Assembly: GCA_964016885.1 (NCBI GenBank)
Contig: OZ024744.1
Location: 30,752,001 to 30,816,000 of the forward strand
DNA from: Eledone cirrhosa
Lineage: Eukaryota
DNA: 64,000 nt
Reading direction: 5' to 3'
In this document: positions 1 through 13,200 of the stretch, in pieces
Numbering within the stretch: position 1 is the stretch's first letter
Layout: each line of letters starts with the position of its first letter
Notes under the pieces: generated by a model
Seen by the model: only the letters and a program-made list of their open reading frames with translations
Told to the model about the DNA's origin: nothing
The model's database searches: none
Translations under genes and position numbers: made by a program

Positions 1-344
1 GTCCTGTAGAATCTCATCTATATTAACATTTTTGATACCCATATACCTGATGATTTCTAAAGAATGAAACAGTTCTAGTCCAGTATGAATCTCATCTATA
101 TAAAAAAATGTTGATACACAGATTCCTTATGATTTCTAAAGAATGAAACAGTTCTAGTCCGGTAGAATCTCATCTATATTAACATTTTTTTATACGCAGA
201 TTCCTGATGATTTCTAAAGAATGAAACATCTCTAGTCCTGTAGAACTTCATCTATATTAAAAATTTTTGATACCCAGATTCCTGATGATTTCTATAGAAT
301 GACACAGTTCTAGTCCTGTAGAATCTCATCTATATAAACATTTT

Positions 345-416
345 TTGATACCCAGATTCCTGATGATTTCTAAAGAATGAAACAGTTCTAGTCCTGTAGA
401 ATCTCATCTATATTAA
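345..416 (+). ncRNA. Putative hammerhead ribozyme motif, representative consensus monomer (repeated in most monomers)
   Basis: TTGATA(345-350)-CCC-AGATTC(354-359)-CTGATGA(360-366)-T-TTC-TAAA-GAA-T(367-378)-GAA(379-381)-ACAG(382-385)-TTCTAGTC-CTGT(394-397)-A398^-GAATCT(399-404)-CATCTA-TATTAA(411-416). All conserved core nucleotides and three helices lie in the correct order. Position 10.1-11.1 is U-U instead of the usual purine-pyrimidine pair. Confidence 0.8.
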
Positions 417-1365
417 AACTTTTGATACCCAGATTCCTGATGATTTCTAAAGAATGAAGCAGTTCTCGTCCTGTAGAATCTCATCTATATTAAAAATTTT
501 TGATACCCAGATTCCTGATGATTTCTAAAGAATGAAACAGTTCTAGTCCTGTAGAATCTCATCTATATTAACATTTTTTGACACCCAGATTCCTGATAAT
601 TTCTAAAGAATGAAACAGTTCTAGTCCTGTAGAATCTCATCTATATTAACATTTTTGATACCCATATACCTGATGATTTCTAAAGAATGAAACAGTTCTA
701 GTCCAGTATGAATCTCATCTATATAAAAAAATGTTGATACACAGATTCGTTATGATTTCTAAAGAATGAAACAGTTCTAGTCCGGTAGAATCTCATCTAT
801 ATTAACATTTTTTTATACGCAGATTCCTGATGATTTCTAAAGAATGAAACAGTTCTAGTCTTGTAGAATCTCATCTATATTAACATTTTTGATACCCAGA
901 TTCCTGATGATTTCTAAAGAATGAAACAGTTCTAGTCCTGTAAAATCTCATCTATATAAAAAAATGTTGATACACAGATTCCTTATGATTTCTAAAGAAT
1001 GAAATAGTTCTAGTCCTGTAGAATCTCATCTATATTAACATTTTTTGATGCCCAGATTCCTGATGATTTCTAAAGAATGAAACAGTTCTAGTCCTGTAGA
1101 ATCTCATTTATATTAAAATTTTTTGATACCCAGATTCCTGATGATTTCTAATGAATGAAACAGTTCTAGTCCTGTAGAATCTCATCTATATTAACATTTT
1201 TTGATAAGCAGATTCCTGATGATTTCTAAAGAATGAAACAGTTCTAGTCCTGTAGAATCTCTTCTATATTAATATTTTTTGATACGCAGATTCCTGATGA
1301 TTTCTAAAGAATGAAACAGTTCTAGTCCTGTAGAATCCCATCTATATTAACATTTTTTGATACCC

Positions 1366-1416
1366 AGATTCCTGATGAATTCTAAAGAATGAAACAGTTC
1401 TAGTACTGTAGAATCT
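1366..1416 (+). ncRNA. Fully paired hammerhead variant monomer (4-bp stem II, 5-bp stem III); second copy at 3471-3521
   Basis: AGATTC CTGATGA ATTC-TAAA-GAAT GAA ACAGT-TCTAGT-ACTGT A^ GAATCT. All three stems are Watson-Crick paired; predicted cleavage after A1410. Confidence 0.82.
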
Positions 1417-4400
1417 CATCTATATTAAAAATTTTTGATACCCAGATTCTTGATGATTTCTAAAGAATGAAACAGTTCTAGTCCGGTAGAATCTCATCTA
1501 TATTAAAATTTTTTTATACCCAGATTCCTGATCATTTCTAAAGAATGAAACAGTTCTAGTCCTGTAGAATCTCATCTATATTAACATTTTTGATACCCAG
1601 ATTCCTGATGATTTCTAAAGAATGAAACAGTTCTCGTCCTGTAGTATCTCATCTATATTAAAATTTTTTGATACCAGATTCCTGATAATTTCTAAAGAAT
1701 GAAACAGTTCTAGTCCTGTAGAATCTCATCTATATTAAAAATTTTTGATACCCAGATTCCTGATGATTTCTAAAGAATAAAACAGTTCTCGTCCTGTAGA
1801 ATCTCATCTATATTAAAAAATTTTGATACCCAGATTCCTGATGATTTCTAAAGAATAAAACAGTTCTAGTCCTGTAGAATCTCATCTATACTAAGAATTT
1901 TTGATACCCAGATTCCTGGTGATTTCTAAAGAATGAAACAGTTCTAGTCCTGTAGAATCTCATCTATATTAAAAAATTTTGATACCCAGATTCCTGATGA
2001 TTTCTAAAGAATGAAACAACTCTAGTCCTGTAGAACCTCATCTATATTAAAAATGTTTGATACCCAGATTCCTGATGATTTCTAAAGAATGAAACAGTTC
2101 TAGTCCTGTAGAATCTCATCTATATAAACATTTTTTGATACCCAGATTCCTGATGATTTCTAAAGAATGAAACAGTTCTAGTCCTGTAGAATCTCATCTA
2201 TATTAAAACTTTTGATACCCAGATTCCTGATGATTTCTAAAGAACGAAACAGTTCTAGTCCTGTAGATTCTCATCTATATAAAACATTTTTGATACCCAG
2301 ATTCCTGGTGATTTCTAAAGAATGAAACAGTTCTAGTCCTGTAGAATCTTATCTATATAAATATTTTTTGATACCCCCCAGATTCCTGATGATTTCTAAA
2401 GAATGAAACAGTTCTAGTCCTGTAGAATCTCATCTATATAAACATTTTTTGATACCCAGATTCCTGATGATTTCTAAAGAATGAAACAGTTCTAGTCCTG
2501 TAGAATCTCATCTATATTAACAATTTTTGATACCCAGATTCCCGATGATTTCTAAAGAATGAAACAGTTCTAGTCCTGTAGAATCTCATCTATATTAAAA
2601 TTTTTTGATACCCAGATTTGTGATAATTTCTAAAGAATGAAATAGTTCTAGTCCTGTAGAATCTCATCTATATTAACATTTTTTGATACCCAGATTCCTG
2701 ATGATTTCTAAAGAATGAAACAGTTCTAGTCCTGTAGAATCTCATCTATATTAAAAATGTTTGATACCCAGATTGCTGATGATTGCTAAAGAATGAAACA
2801 GTTCTAGTCCTGTAGAATCTCATCTATATTAACATATTTTGATACCCAGATGTCTGATGAATTCTAAAGAATGAAACAGTTCTAGTCCTGTAGAATCTCA
2901 TCTATATTAAAATTTTTGGATACCCAGATTGCTGATGATTTCTAAAGAATGAAACAGTTCTAGTCCTGTAGAATCTCATATATATTAACATTTTTTGACA
3001 CCCAGATTCCTGATGATTTCTAAAGAATGAAACAGTCCTAGTCGTGTAGAATCTCATCTATGTTAAACATTTGTGATACCCAGATTCCTGATGATTTCTA
3101 AAGAATGAAACAGTTCTAGTCCTGTCGAATATTATCTATATTAACATTTTTTGATACCCAGTTTCCTGATGATTTCTAATAAATGAAACAGTTCTAGTCC
3201 TGTAGAATCTCATCTATATTAACATTTTTCACACCCAGATACCTGATGATTTCTAAAGAATGAAACAGTTCTAGTCCTTTAGAATCTCATCTATATTAAC
3301 ATTTTTTGATAAGCAGATTCCTGATGATTTCTAAAGAATGAAACAGTTCTAGTCCTGTAGAATCTCTTCTATATTAATATTTTTTGATACGCAGATTCCT
3401 GATGATTTCTAAAGAATGAAACAGTTCTAGTCCTGTAGAATCTCATCTATATTAACATTTTTTGATACCCAGATTCCTGATGAATTCTAAAGAATGAAAC
3501 AGTTCTAGTACTGTAGAATCTCATCTATATTAAAAATTTTTGATACCCAGATTCTTGATGATTTTTAAAGAATGAAACAGTTCTAGTCCGGTAGAATCTC
3601 ATCTATATTAACATTTTTTTTTACCCAGATTCCTGATCATTTCTAAAGAATGAAACAGTTCTAGTCCTGTAGAATCTCATCTATATTAACATTTTTGATA
3701 CCCAGATTCCTGATGATTTCTAAAGAATGAAACAGTTCTCGTCCTGTAGTATCTCATCTATATTAAAATTTTTTGATACCAGATACCTGATAATTTCTAA
3801 AGAATGAAACAGTTCTAGTCCTGTAGAATCTCATCTATATTAAAAATTTTTGATACCCAGATTCCTGATGATTTCTAAAGAATAAAACAGTTCTCGTCCT
3901 GTAGAATCTCATCTATATTAAAAAATTTTGATACCCAGATTCCTGATGATTTCTAAAGAATAAAACAGTTCTAGTCCTGTAGAATCTCATCTATACTAAG
4001 AATTTTTGATACCCAGATTCCTGGTGATTTCTAAAGAATGAAACAGTTCTAGTCCTGTAGAATCTCATCTATATTAAAAAATTTTGATACCCAGATTCCT
4101 GATGATTTCTAAAGAATGAAACACCTCTAGTCCTGTAGAACCTCATCTATATTAAAAATGTTTGATACCCAGATTCCTGATGATTTCTAAAGAATGAAAC
4201 AGTTCTAGTCCTGTAGAATCTCATCTATATAAACATTTTTTGATACCCAGATTCCTGATGATTTCTAAAGAATGAAACAGTTCTAGTCCTGTAGAATCTC
4301 AACTACATTAAAACTTTTGATACCCAGATTCCTGATGATTTCTAAAGAACGAAACAGTTCTAGTCCTGTAGATTCTCATCTATATTAAACTTTTTTGATA

Positions 4401-4599
4401 CCTAGATTCCTGATAATTTCTAAAGAATGAAACAGTTCTAGTCCGGTAGAATCTCATCTATATTAATATTTTTTGATACGCAGATTCCTGATGATTTCTA
4501 AAGAATGAAACAGTTCTAGTCCTGTAGATTCTCATCTATATTAAACTTTTTTGATACCCAGATTCCTGATGATTTCTAAAGAATGAAACAGTTCTAGTC

Positions 4600-7260
4600 C
4601 TCTAGAATCTCATCTATATTAACATTTTTTGGATTCCCACATTCCTGACGATTTCTAAAGAATGAAACAGTTCTAGTCCTTTAGAATCTCATCCATATTA
4701 AAATTTTTTGATACCCAGATTCCTGATGATTTCTAAATAAATGAACAGTTCTAGTCCTGTAGAACCTCATCTATATTAACATTTTTTGATACCCAGATTC
4801 CTGATGATTTCTAAAGAATGAAACAGTTCTAGTCCTGTAGAATCTCATATATATTAACATTTTTTGACACCCAGATTCCTGATGATTTCTAAAGAATGAA
4901 ACAGTCCTAGTCGTGTAGAATCTCATCTATATTAAACATTTGTGATACCCAGATTCCTGATGATTTCTAAAGAATGAAACAGTTCTCGTCCTGTAGAATC
5001 TTATCTATATTAAAAAATTTTGATACCCAGATTCCTGATGTTATCTAAAGAATGAAACAGTTCTAGTCCTGTAAAATATCATCTATATTAAAATTTTTTG
5101 ATACCCAGTTTCCTGATGATTTCTAATGAATGAAAACAGTTCTAGTCCTGTAGAATCTCATCTATATTAACATTTTTTGACACCCAATATTCCTGATGAT
5201 TTCTAAAGAATGAAACAGTTCTAGTCCGGTAGAATCTCATGTATATTAAAATTTTTTGACACCCAGGTTCCTGATGATTTCTAAAGAATGAAATAGTTGT
5301 AGTTCAGTAGAATCTCATCTATATTAACACTTTTTGATACCCAGATTCCTGATGATTTCTAAAGAATGAAACAGTTCTAGTCCTGTAGAATCTCATCTAT
5401 ACTAAGAATTTTTGATACCCAGATTCCTGGTGATTTCTAAAGAATGAAACACTTCTAGTCCTGTAGAATCTCATCTATATTAAACATTTTTGATACCCAG
5501 ATTCCTGATGATTTCTAAAGAATGAAACATCTCTAGTCCTGTAGAACTTCATCTATATTAAAAATTTTTGATACCCAGATTCCTGATGATTTCTAAAGAA
5601 TGAAACAGTTCTAGTCCTGTAGAATCTCATCTATATAAACATTTTTTGATACCCAGATTCCTGATGATTTCTAAAGAATGAAACAGTTCTAGTCCTGTAG
5701 AATCTCATCTATATTAAAACTTTTGATACCCAGATTCCTGATGATTTCTAAAGAATGAAGCAGTTCTCGTCCTGTAGAATCTCATCTATATTAAAAATTT
5801 TTGATACCCAGATTCCTGATGATTTCTAAAGAATGAAACAGTTCTAGTCCTGTAGAATCTCATCTATATTAACATTTTTTGACACCCAGATTCCTGATAA
5901 TTTCTAAAGAATGAAACAGTTCTAGTCCTGTAGAATCTCATCTATATTAACATTTTTTGGATTCCCACATTCCTGACGATTTCTAAAGAATGAAACAGTT
6001 CTAGTCCTTTAGAATCTCATCCATATTAAAATTTTTTGATACCCAGATTCCTGATGATTTCTAAATAAATGAACAGTTCTAGTCCTGTAGAACCTCATCT
6101 ATATTAACATTTTTTGATACCCAGATTCCTGATGATTTCTAAAGAATGAAACAGTTCTAGTCCTGTAGAATCTCATATATATTAACATTTTTTGACACCC
6201 AGATTCCTGATGATTTCTAAAGAATGAAACAGTCCTAGTCGTGTAGAATCTCATCTATATTAAACATTTGTGATACCCAGATTCCTGATGATTTCTAAAG
6301 AATGAAACAGTTCTCGTCCTGTAGAATCTTATCTATATTAAACAATTTTGATACCCAGATTCCTGATGTTATCTAAAGAATGAAACAGTTCTAGTCCTGT
6401 AAAATATCATCTATATTAAAATTTTTTGATACCCAGTTTCCTGATGATTTCTAATGAATGAAAACAGTTCTAGTCCTGTAGAATCTCATCTATATTAACA
6501 TTTTTTGACACCCAATATTCCTGATGATTTCTAAAGAATGAAACAGTTCTAGTCCGGTAGAATCTCATGTATATTAACATTTTTTGACACCCAGGTTCCT
6601 GATGATTTCTAATGAATGAAATAGTTGTAGTTCAGTAGAATCTCATCTATATTAACACTTTTTGATACCCAGATTCCTGATGATTTCTAAAGAATGAAAC
6701 AGTTCTAGTCCTGTAGAATCTCATCTATACTAAGAATTTTTGATACCCAGATTCCTGGTGATTTCTAAAGAATGAAACACTTCTAGTCCTGTAGAATCTC
6801 ATCTATATTAAACATTTTTGATACCCAGATTCCTGATGATTTCTAAAGAATGAAACATCTCTAGTCCTGTAGAACTTCATCTATATTAAAAATTTTTGAT
6901 ACCCAGATTCCTGATGATTTCTAAAGAATGAAACAGTTCTAGTCCTGTAGAATCTCATCTATATAAACATTTTTTGATACCCAGATTCCTGATGATTTCT
7001 AAAGAATGAAACAGTTCTAGTCCTGTAGAATCTCATCTATATTAAAACTTTTGATACCCAGATTCCTGATGATTTCTAAAGAATGAAGCAGTTCTCGTCC
7101 TGTAGAATCTCATCTATATTAAAAATTTTTGATACCCAGATTCCTGATGATTTCTAAAGAATGAAACAGTTCTAGTCCTGTAGAATCTCATCTATATTAA
7201 CATTTTTTGACACCCAGATTCCTGATAATTTCTAAAGAATGAAACAGTTCTAGTCCTGTA
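4600..7260. repeat. Tandem duplication of a 17-monomer block (period ~1328 bp); boundaries approximate
   Basis: The rare variant GGATTCCCACATTCCTGACG occurs at 4631 and 5959 and is followed by the same variant series. Confidence 0.85.
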
Positions 7261-10200
7261 GAATCTCATCTATATTAAGATTTTTGATACCCAGATTCCT
7301 GATGATTTCTAAAGAATGAAGCAGTTCTAGTCCGGTAGAATCTCATATATATTAAAACTTTTGATACCCAGATTCCTGATGATTTCTAAGGAATGAAACA
7401 GTTCTAGTCCTGTAGAATCTCATCTATATTAATATTTTTTGATACCCAGAATCCTGATAATTTCTAAAGAATGAAACAGTTCTAGTCCTGTAGAATCTCA
7501 TCTATATTAACATTTTTCACACCCATATACCTGATGATTTCTAAAGAATGAAACAGTTCTAGTCCAGTATGAATCTCATCTATATAAAAAAATGTTGATA
7601 CACAGATTCCTTATGATTTCTAAAGAATGAAACAGTTCTAGTCCGGTAGAATCTCATCTATATTAACATTTTTTTATACGCAGCTTCCTGATGATTTCTA
7701 AAGAATGAAACAGTTCTAGTCTTGTAGAATCTCATCTATATTAACATTTTTGATACCCAGATTCCTGATGATTTCTAAAGAATGAAACAGTTCTAGTCCT
7801 GTAAAATCTCATCTATATAAAAAAATGTTGATACACAGATTCCTTATGATTTCTAAAGAATGAAATAGTTCTAGTCCTGTAGAATCTCATCTATATTAAC
7901 ATTTTTTGATGCCCAGATTCCTGATGATTTCTAAAGAATGAAACAGTTCTAGTCCTGTAGAATCTCATTTATATTAAAATTTTTTGATACCCAGATTCCT
8001 GATGATTTCTAATGAATGAAACAGTTCTAGTCCTGTAGAATCTCATCTATATTAACATTTTTTGACACCCAGATTCCTGATGATTTCTAAAGAATGAAAC
8101 AGTTGTAGTTCAGTAGAATCTCATCTATATTAACACTTTTTGATACCCAGATTCCTGATGATTTCTAAAGAATGAAACAGTTCTAGTCCTGTAGAATCTC
8201 ATCTATACTAAGAATTTTTGATACCCAGATTCCTGGTGATTTCTAAAGAATGAAACAGTTCTAGTCCTGTAGAATCTCATCTATATTAAACATTTTTGAT
8301 ACCAAGATTCCTGATGATTTCTAAAGAATGAAACACCTCTAGTCCTGTAGAACATCATCTATATTAAAAATTTTTGATACCCAGATTCCTGATGATTTCT
8401 AAAGAATGAAACAGTTCTAGTCCTGTAGAATCTCATCTATATTAAAGTTTTTTGATACCCAGATTCCTGATGATTTCTAAAGAATGAAACAGTTCTAGTC
8501 CTGTAGAATCTCATGTATATTAAAATTTTTCGATACCCAGATTCCTGATGATTTCTAAAGAATGAAACATTCTAGTCCTGTAGAATCTCATCTATATTAA
8601 AATTTTTTGATACGCAGATTCCTGATGATTTCTAAAGAATGAAACAGTTCTAGTCCTTTAGAATCTCACCTATATTAACATTTTTTGATACGCAGATTCC
8701 TGATGATTTCTAAAGAATGAAACAGTTCTAGTCCTGTAGAATCTCATCTATATTAACATTTTTCACACCCAGATACCTGATGATTTCTAAAGAATGAAAC
8801 AGTTCTAGTCCTGTAGAATCTCATCTATATAAAAAAATGTTGATACACAGATTCCTTATGATTTCTAAAGAATGAAACAGTTCTAGTCCTGTAGAATCTC
8901 ATCTATATTAACATTTTTTTATACCCAGATTCCTGATGATTTCTAAAGAATGAAACAGTTCTAGTCCTGTAGAATCTCATCTATATTAACATTTTTGATA
9001 CCCAGATTCCTGATGATTTCTAAAGAATGAAACAGTTCTAGTCCTGTAGAATCTCATCTAAATTAAAATATTTTGATACCCAGATTCCTGATAATTTCTA
9101 AAGAATGAAACAGTTCTAGTCCTGTAGAATCTCATCAATATTAAAAATTTTTGATACCCAGATTCCTGATGATTTCTAAAGAATGAAATAGTTCTAGTCC
9201 TGTAGAATCTCATCTATATTAACATTTTTTGATACCCAGATTCCTGATGATTTCTAAAGAATGAAACAGTTCTAGTCCTCTAGAATCTCATCTATATTAA
9301 CATTTTTGGATACCCAGATTCCTAATGATTTCTTAAGAATGAAACAGTTCTAGTCCTGTAGAACCTCATCTATATTAACATTTTTTGATACCCAGATTCC
9401 TTATGATTTCTAAAGAATGAAACAGTTCTAGTCCTGTAGAATCTCATCTATATTAAAATTTTTTGATACCCAGATTCCTGATGATTTCTAAAGAATGAAA
9501 CAGATCTAGTCCTGTAGAATCTCATATATATTAACATTTTTTGACACCCAGATTCCTGATGATTTCTAAAGAATGAAACAGTTCTAGTCGTGTAGAATCT
9601 CATCTATATTAAACATTTGTGATACCCAGATTCCTGATGATTTCTAAAGAATAAAACCGTTCTCGTCCTGTAGAATCTCATTTATAATAAACATTTTGAT
9701 ACCCAGATTCCTGATGATTTCTAAAGAATGAAACAGTTCTAGTCCTGTAGAATCTCATCTATACTAAGAATTTTTGATACCCAGATTCCTGGTGATTTCT
9801 AAAGAATGAAACAGTTCTAGTCTTGTAGAATCTCATCTATATTAAAATTTTCTCATACCCAGATTCCTGATGATTTCTAAAGAATGAAACATTCTAGTCC
9901 TGTAGAGTCTCATCTATATTAACATTTTTTGAAACCCAGATTCCTGATGATTTCTAAAGAATGAAACAGTTCTAGTCCTGTAGAACCTCATCTATATTAA
10001 AATTTTTGGATACCCAGATTCCTGATGATTTCTAAAGAATGAAACAGTTCTAGTCCTGTAGAATCTCATCTATATTAACATTTTTCACACCCAGATACCT
10101 GATGATTTCTAAAGAATGAAACAGTTCTAGTCCTGTAGATTCTCATCTATATAAAAAAATGTTGATACACAGATTCCTTATGATTTCTAAAGAATGAAAC

Positions 10201-13200
10201 AGTTCTAGTCCTGTAGAATCTCATCTATATTAACATTTTTTTATACCCAGATTCCTGATGATTTCTAAAGAATGAAACAGTTCTAGTCCTGTAGAATCTC
10301 ATCTATATTAAAATTTTTTGATACCCAGATTCTTGATAATTTCTAAAGAATGAAACAGTTCTAGTCCTGTAGAATCTCATCAATATTAAAAATTTTTGAT
10401 ACCCAGATTCCTGATGATTTCTAAAGAATGAAATAGTTCTAGTCCTGTAGAATCTCATCTATATTAACATTTTTGATACCCAGATTCCTGATGATTTCTA
10501 AAGAATGAAACAGTTCTAGTCCTCTAGAATCTCATCTATATTAACATTTTTTGAAACCCAGATTCCTGATGATTTCTAAAGAATGAAACAGTTCTAGTCC
10601 TGTAGAATCTCATCTATATTAAAATTTTTGGATACCCAGATTCCTGATGATTTCTTAAGAATGAAACAGTTCTAGTCCTGTAGAACCTCATCTATATTAA
10701 CATTTTTTGATACCCAGATTCCTGATGATTTCTAAAGAACGAAACAGATCTAGTCCTGTAGAATCTCATATATATTAACATTTTTTGACACCCAGATTCC
10801 TGATGATTTCTAAAGAATGAAACAGTCCTAGTCGTGTAGAATCTCATCTATATTAATATTTTTTGATACGCAGATTCCTGATGATTTCTAAAGAATGAAA
10901 CAGTTCTAGTCCTGTAGAATCTCATCTATATTAACATTTTTGACACCCAGATACCTGATGATTTCTAAAGAATGAAACATTTCTAGTCCTGTAGAATCTC
11001 ATCTATATAAAAAATTTTTGATACACAGATTCCTTATGATTTCTAAAGAATGAAACAGTACTAGTCCGGTAGAATCTCATCTATATTAACATTTTTTGAT
11101 ACCCAGATTCCTGATGATTTCTAAAGAATGAAACAGTTCTAGTCCTGTAGAATCTCATCAATATTAAAAATTTTTGATACCCAGATTCCTGATGATTTCT
11201 AAAGAATGAAATAGTTCTAGTCCTGTAGAATCTCATCTATATTAACATTTTTGATACCCAGATTCCTGATGATTTCTAAAGAATGAAACAGTTCTAGTCC
11301 TCTAGAATCTCATCTATATTAACATTTTTTGAAACCCAGATTCCTGATGATTTCTAAAGAATGAAACAGTTCTAGTCCTGTAGAATCTCATCTATATTAA
11401 AATTTTTGGATACCCAGATTCCTGATGATTTCTTAAGAATGAAACAGTTCTAGTCCTGTAGAATCTCATCTATATTAACATTTTTTGACACCCAGATTCC
11501 TGATGATTTCTAAAGAATGAAACAGTCCTAGTCGTGTAGAATCTCATCTATATTAAACATTTGTGATACCCAGATTCCTGATGATTTCTAAAGAATAAAA
11601 CCGTTCTCGTCCTGTAGAATCTCATTTATAATAAAAAATTTTGATACCCAGATTCCTGATGATTTCTAAAGAATGAAACAGTTCTAGTCCTGTAGAATCT
11701 CATCTATACTAAGAATTTTTGATACCCAGATTCCTGGTGATTTCTAAAGAATGAAACAGTTCTAGTCCTGTAGAATCTCATCTATATTAACATTTTTTGA
11801 TACCCAGATTCCTGATGATTTCTAAAGAATGAAACAGTTCTAGTCTTGTAGAATCTCATCTATATTAAAATTTTCTCATACCCAGATTACTGATGATTTC
11901 TAAAGAATGAAACATTCTAGTCCTGTAGAATCTCATCTATATTAACATTTTTTGATACGCAGATTCCTGATGATTTCTAAAGAATGAAACAGTTCTAGTC
12001 CTTTAGAATCTCATCTATATTAACATTTTTTGATACGCAGATTCCTGATGATTTCTAAAGAATGAAACAGTTCTAGTCCTGTAGAATCTCATCTATATAA
12101 AAATATTTTGATACACAGATTCCTTATGATTTCTAAAGAATGAAACAGTTCTAGTCTTGTAGAATCTCATCTATATTAAAATTTTCTAATACCCTGATTC
12201 CTGATGATTTCTAAAGAATGAAACAGTTCTAGTCCTCTAGAATCTCATCTATATTAACATTTTTTGAAACCCAGATTCCTGATGATTTCTAAAGAATGAA
12301 ACAGTTCTAGTCCTGTAGAATCTCATCTATATTAAAATTTTTCGATACCCAGATTCCTGATGATTTCTTAAGAATGAAACAGTTCTAGTCCTGTAGAACC
12401 TCATCTATATTAACATTTTTTGATACCCAGATTCCTGATGATTTCTAAAGAACGAAACAGATCTAGTCCTGTAGAATCTCATATATATTAACATTTTTTG
12501 ACACCCAGATTCCTGATGATTTCTAAAGAATGAAACAGTCCTAGTCGTGTAGAATCTCATCTATATTAATATTTTTTGATACGCAGATTCCTGATGATTT
12601 CTAAAGAATGAAACAGTTCTAGTCCTGTAGAATCTCATCTATATTAACATTTTTGACACCCAGATACCTGATGATTTCTAAAGAATGAAACATTTCTAGT
12701 CCTGTAGAATCTCATCTATATAAAAAATTTTTGATACACAGATTCCTTATGATTTCTAAAGAATGAAACAGTACTAGTCCGGTAGAATCTCATCTATATT
12801 AACATTTTTTGATACCCAGATTCCTGATGATTTCTAAAGAATGAAACAGTTCTAGTCCTGTAGAATCTCATCTATATAAAAAAATGTTGATACACAGATT
12901 CCTTATGATTTCTAAAGAATGAAACAGTTCTAGTCCTGTAGAATCTCATCTATATTAACATTTTTTTATACCCAGATTCCTGATGATTTCTAAAGAATGA
13001 AACAGTTCTAGTCCTGTAGAATCTCATCAATATTAAAAATTTTTGATACCCAGATTCCTGATGATTTCTAAAGAATGAAATAGTTCTAGTCCTGTAGAAT
13101 CTCATCTATATTAACATTTTTGATACCCAGATTCCTGATGATTTCTAAAGAATGAAACAGTTCTAGTCCTCTAGAATCTCATCTATATTAACATTTTTTG

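Noticed and set aside
361-366. TGATGA/CTGA as C/D box snoRNA motifs
   Set aside because: The motifs overlap within CTGATGA, there is no terminal stem or evident guide, and the complete hammerhead context explains them better.
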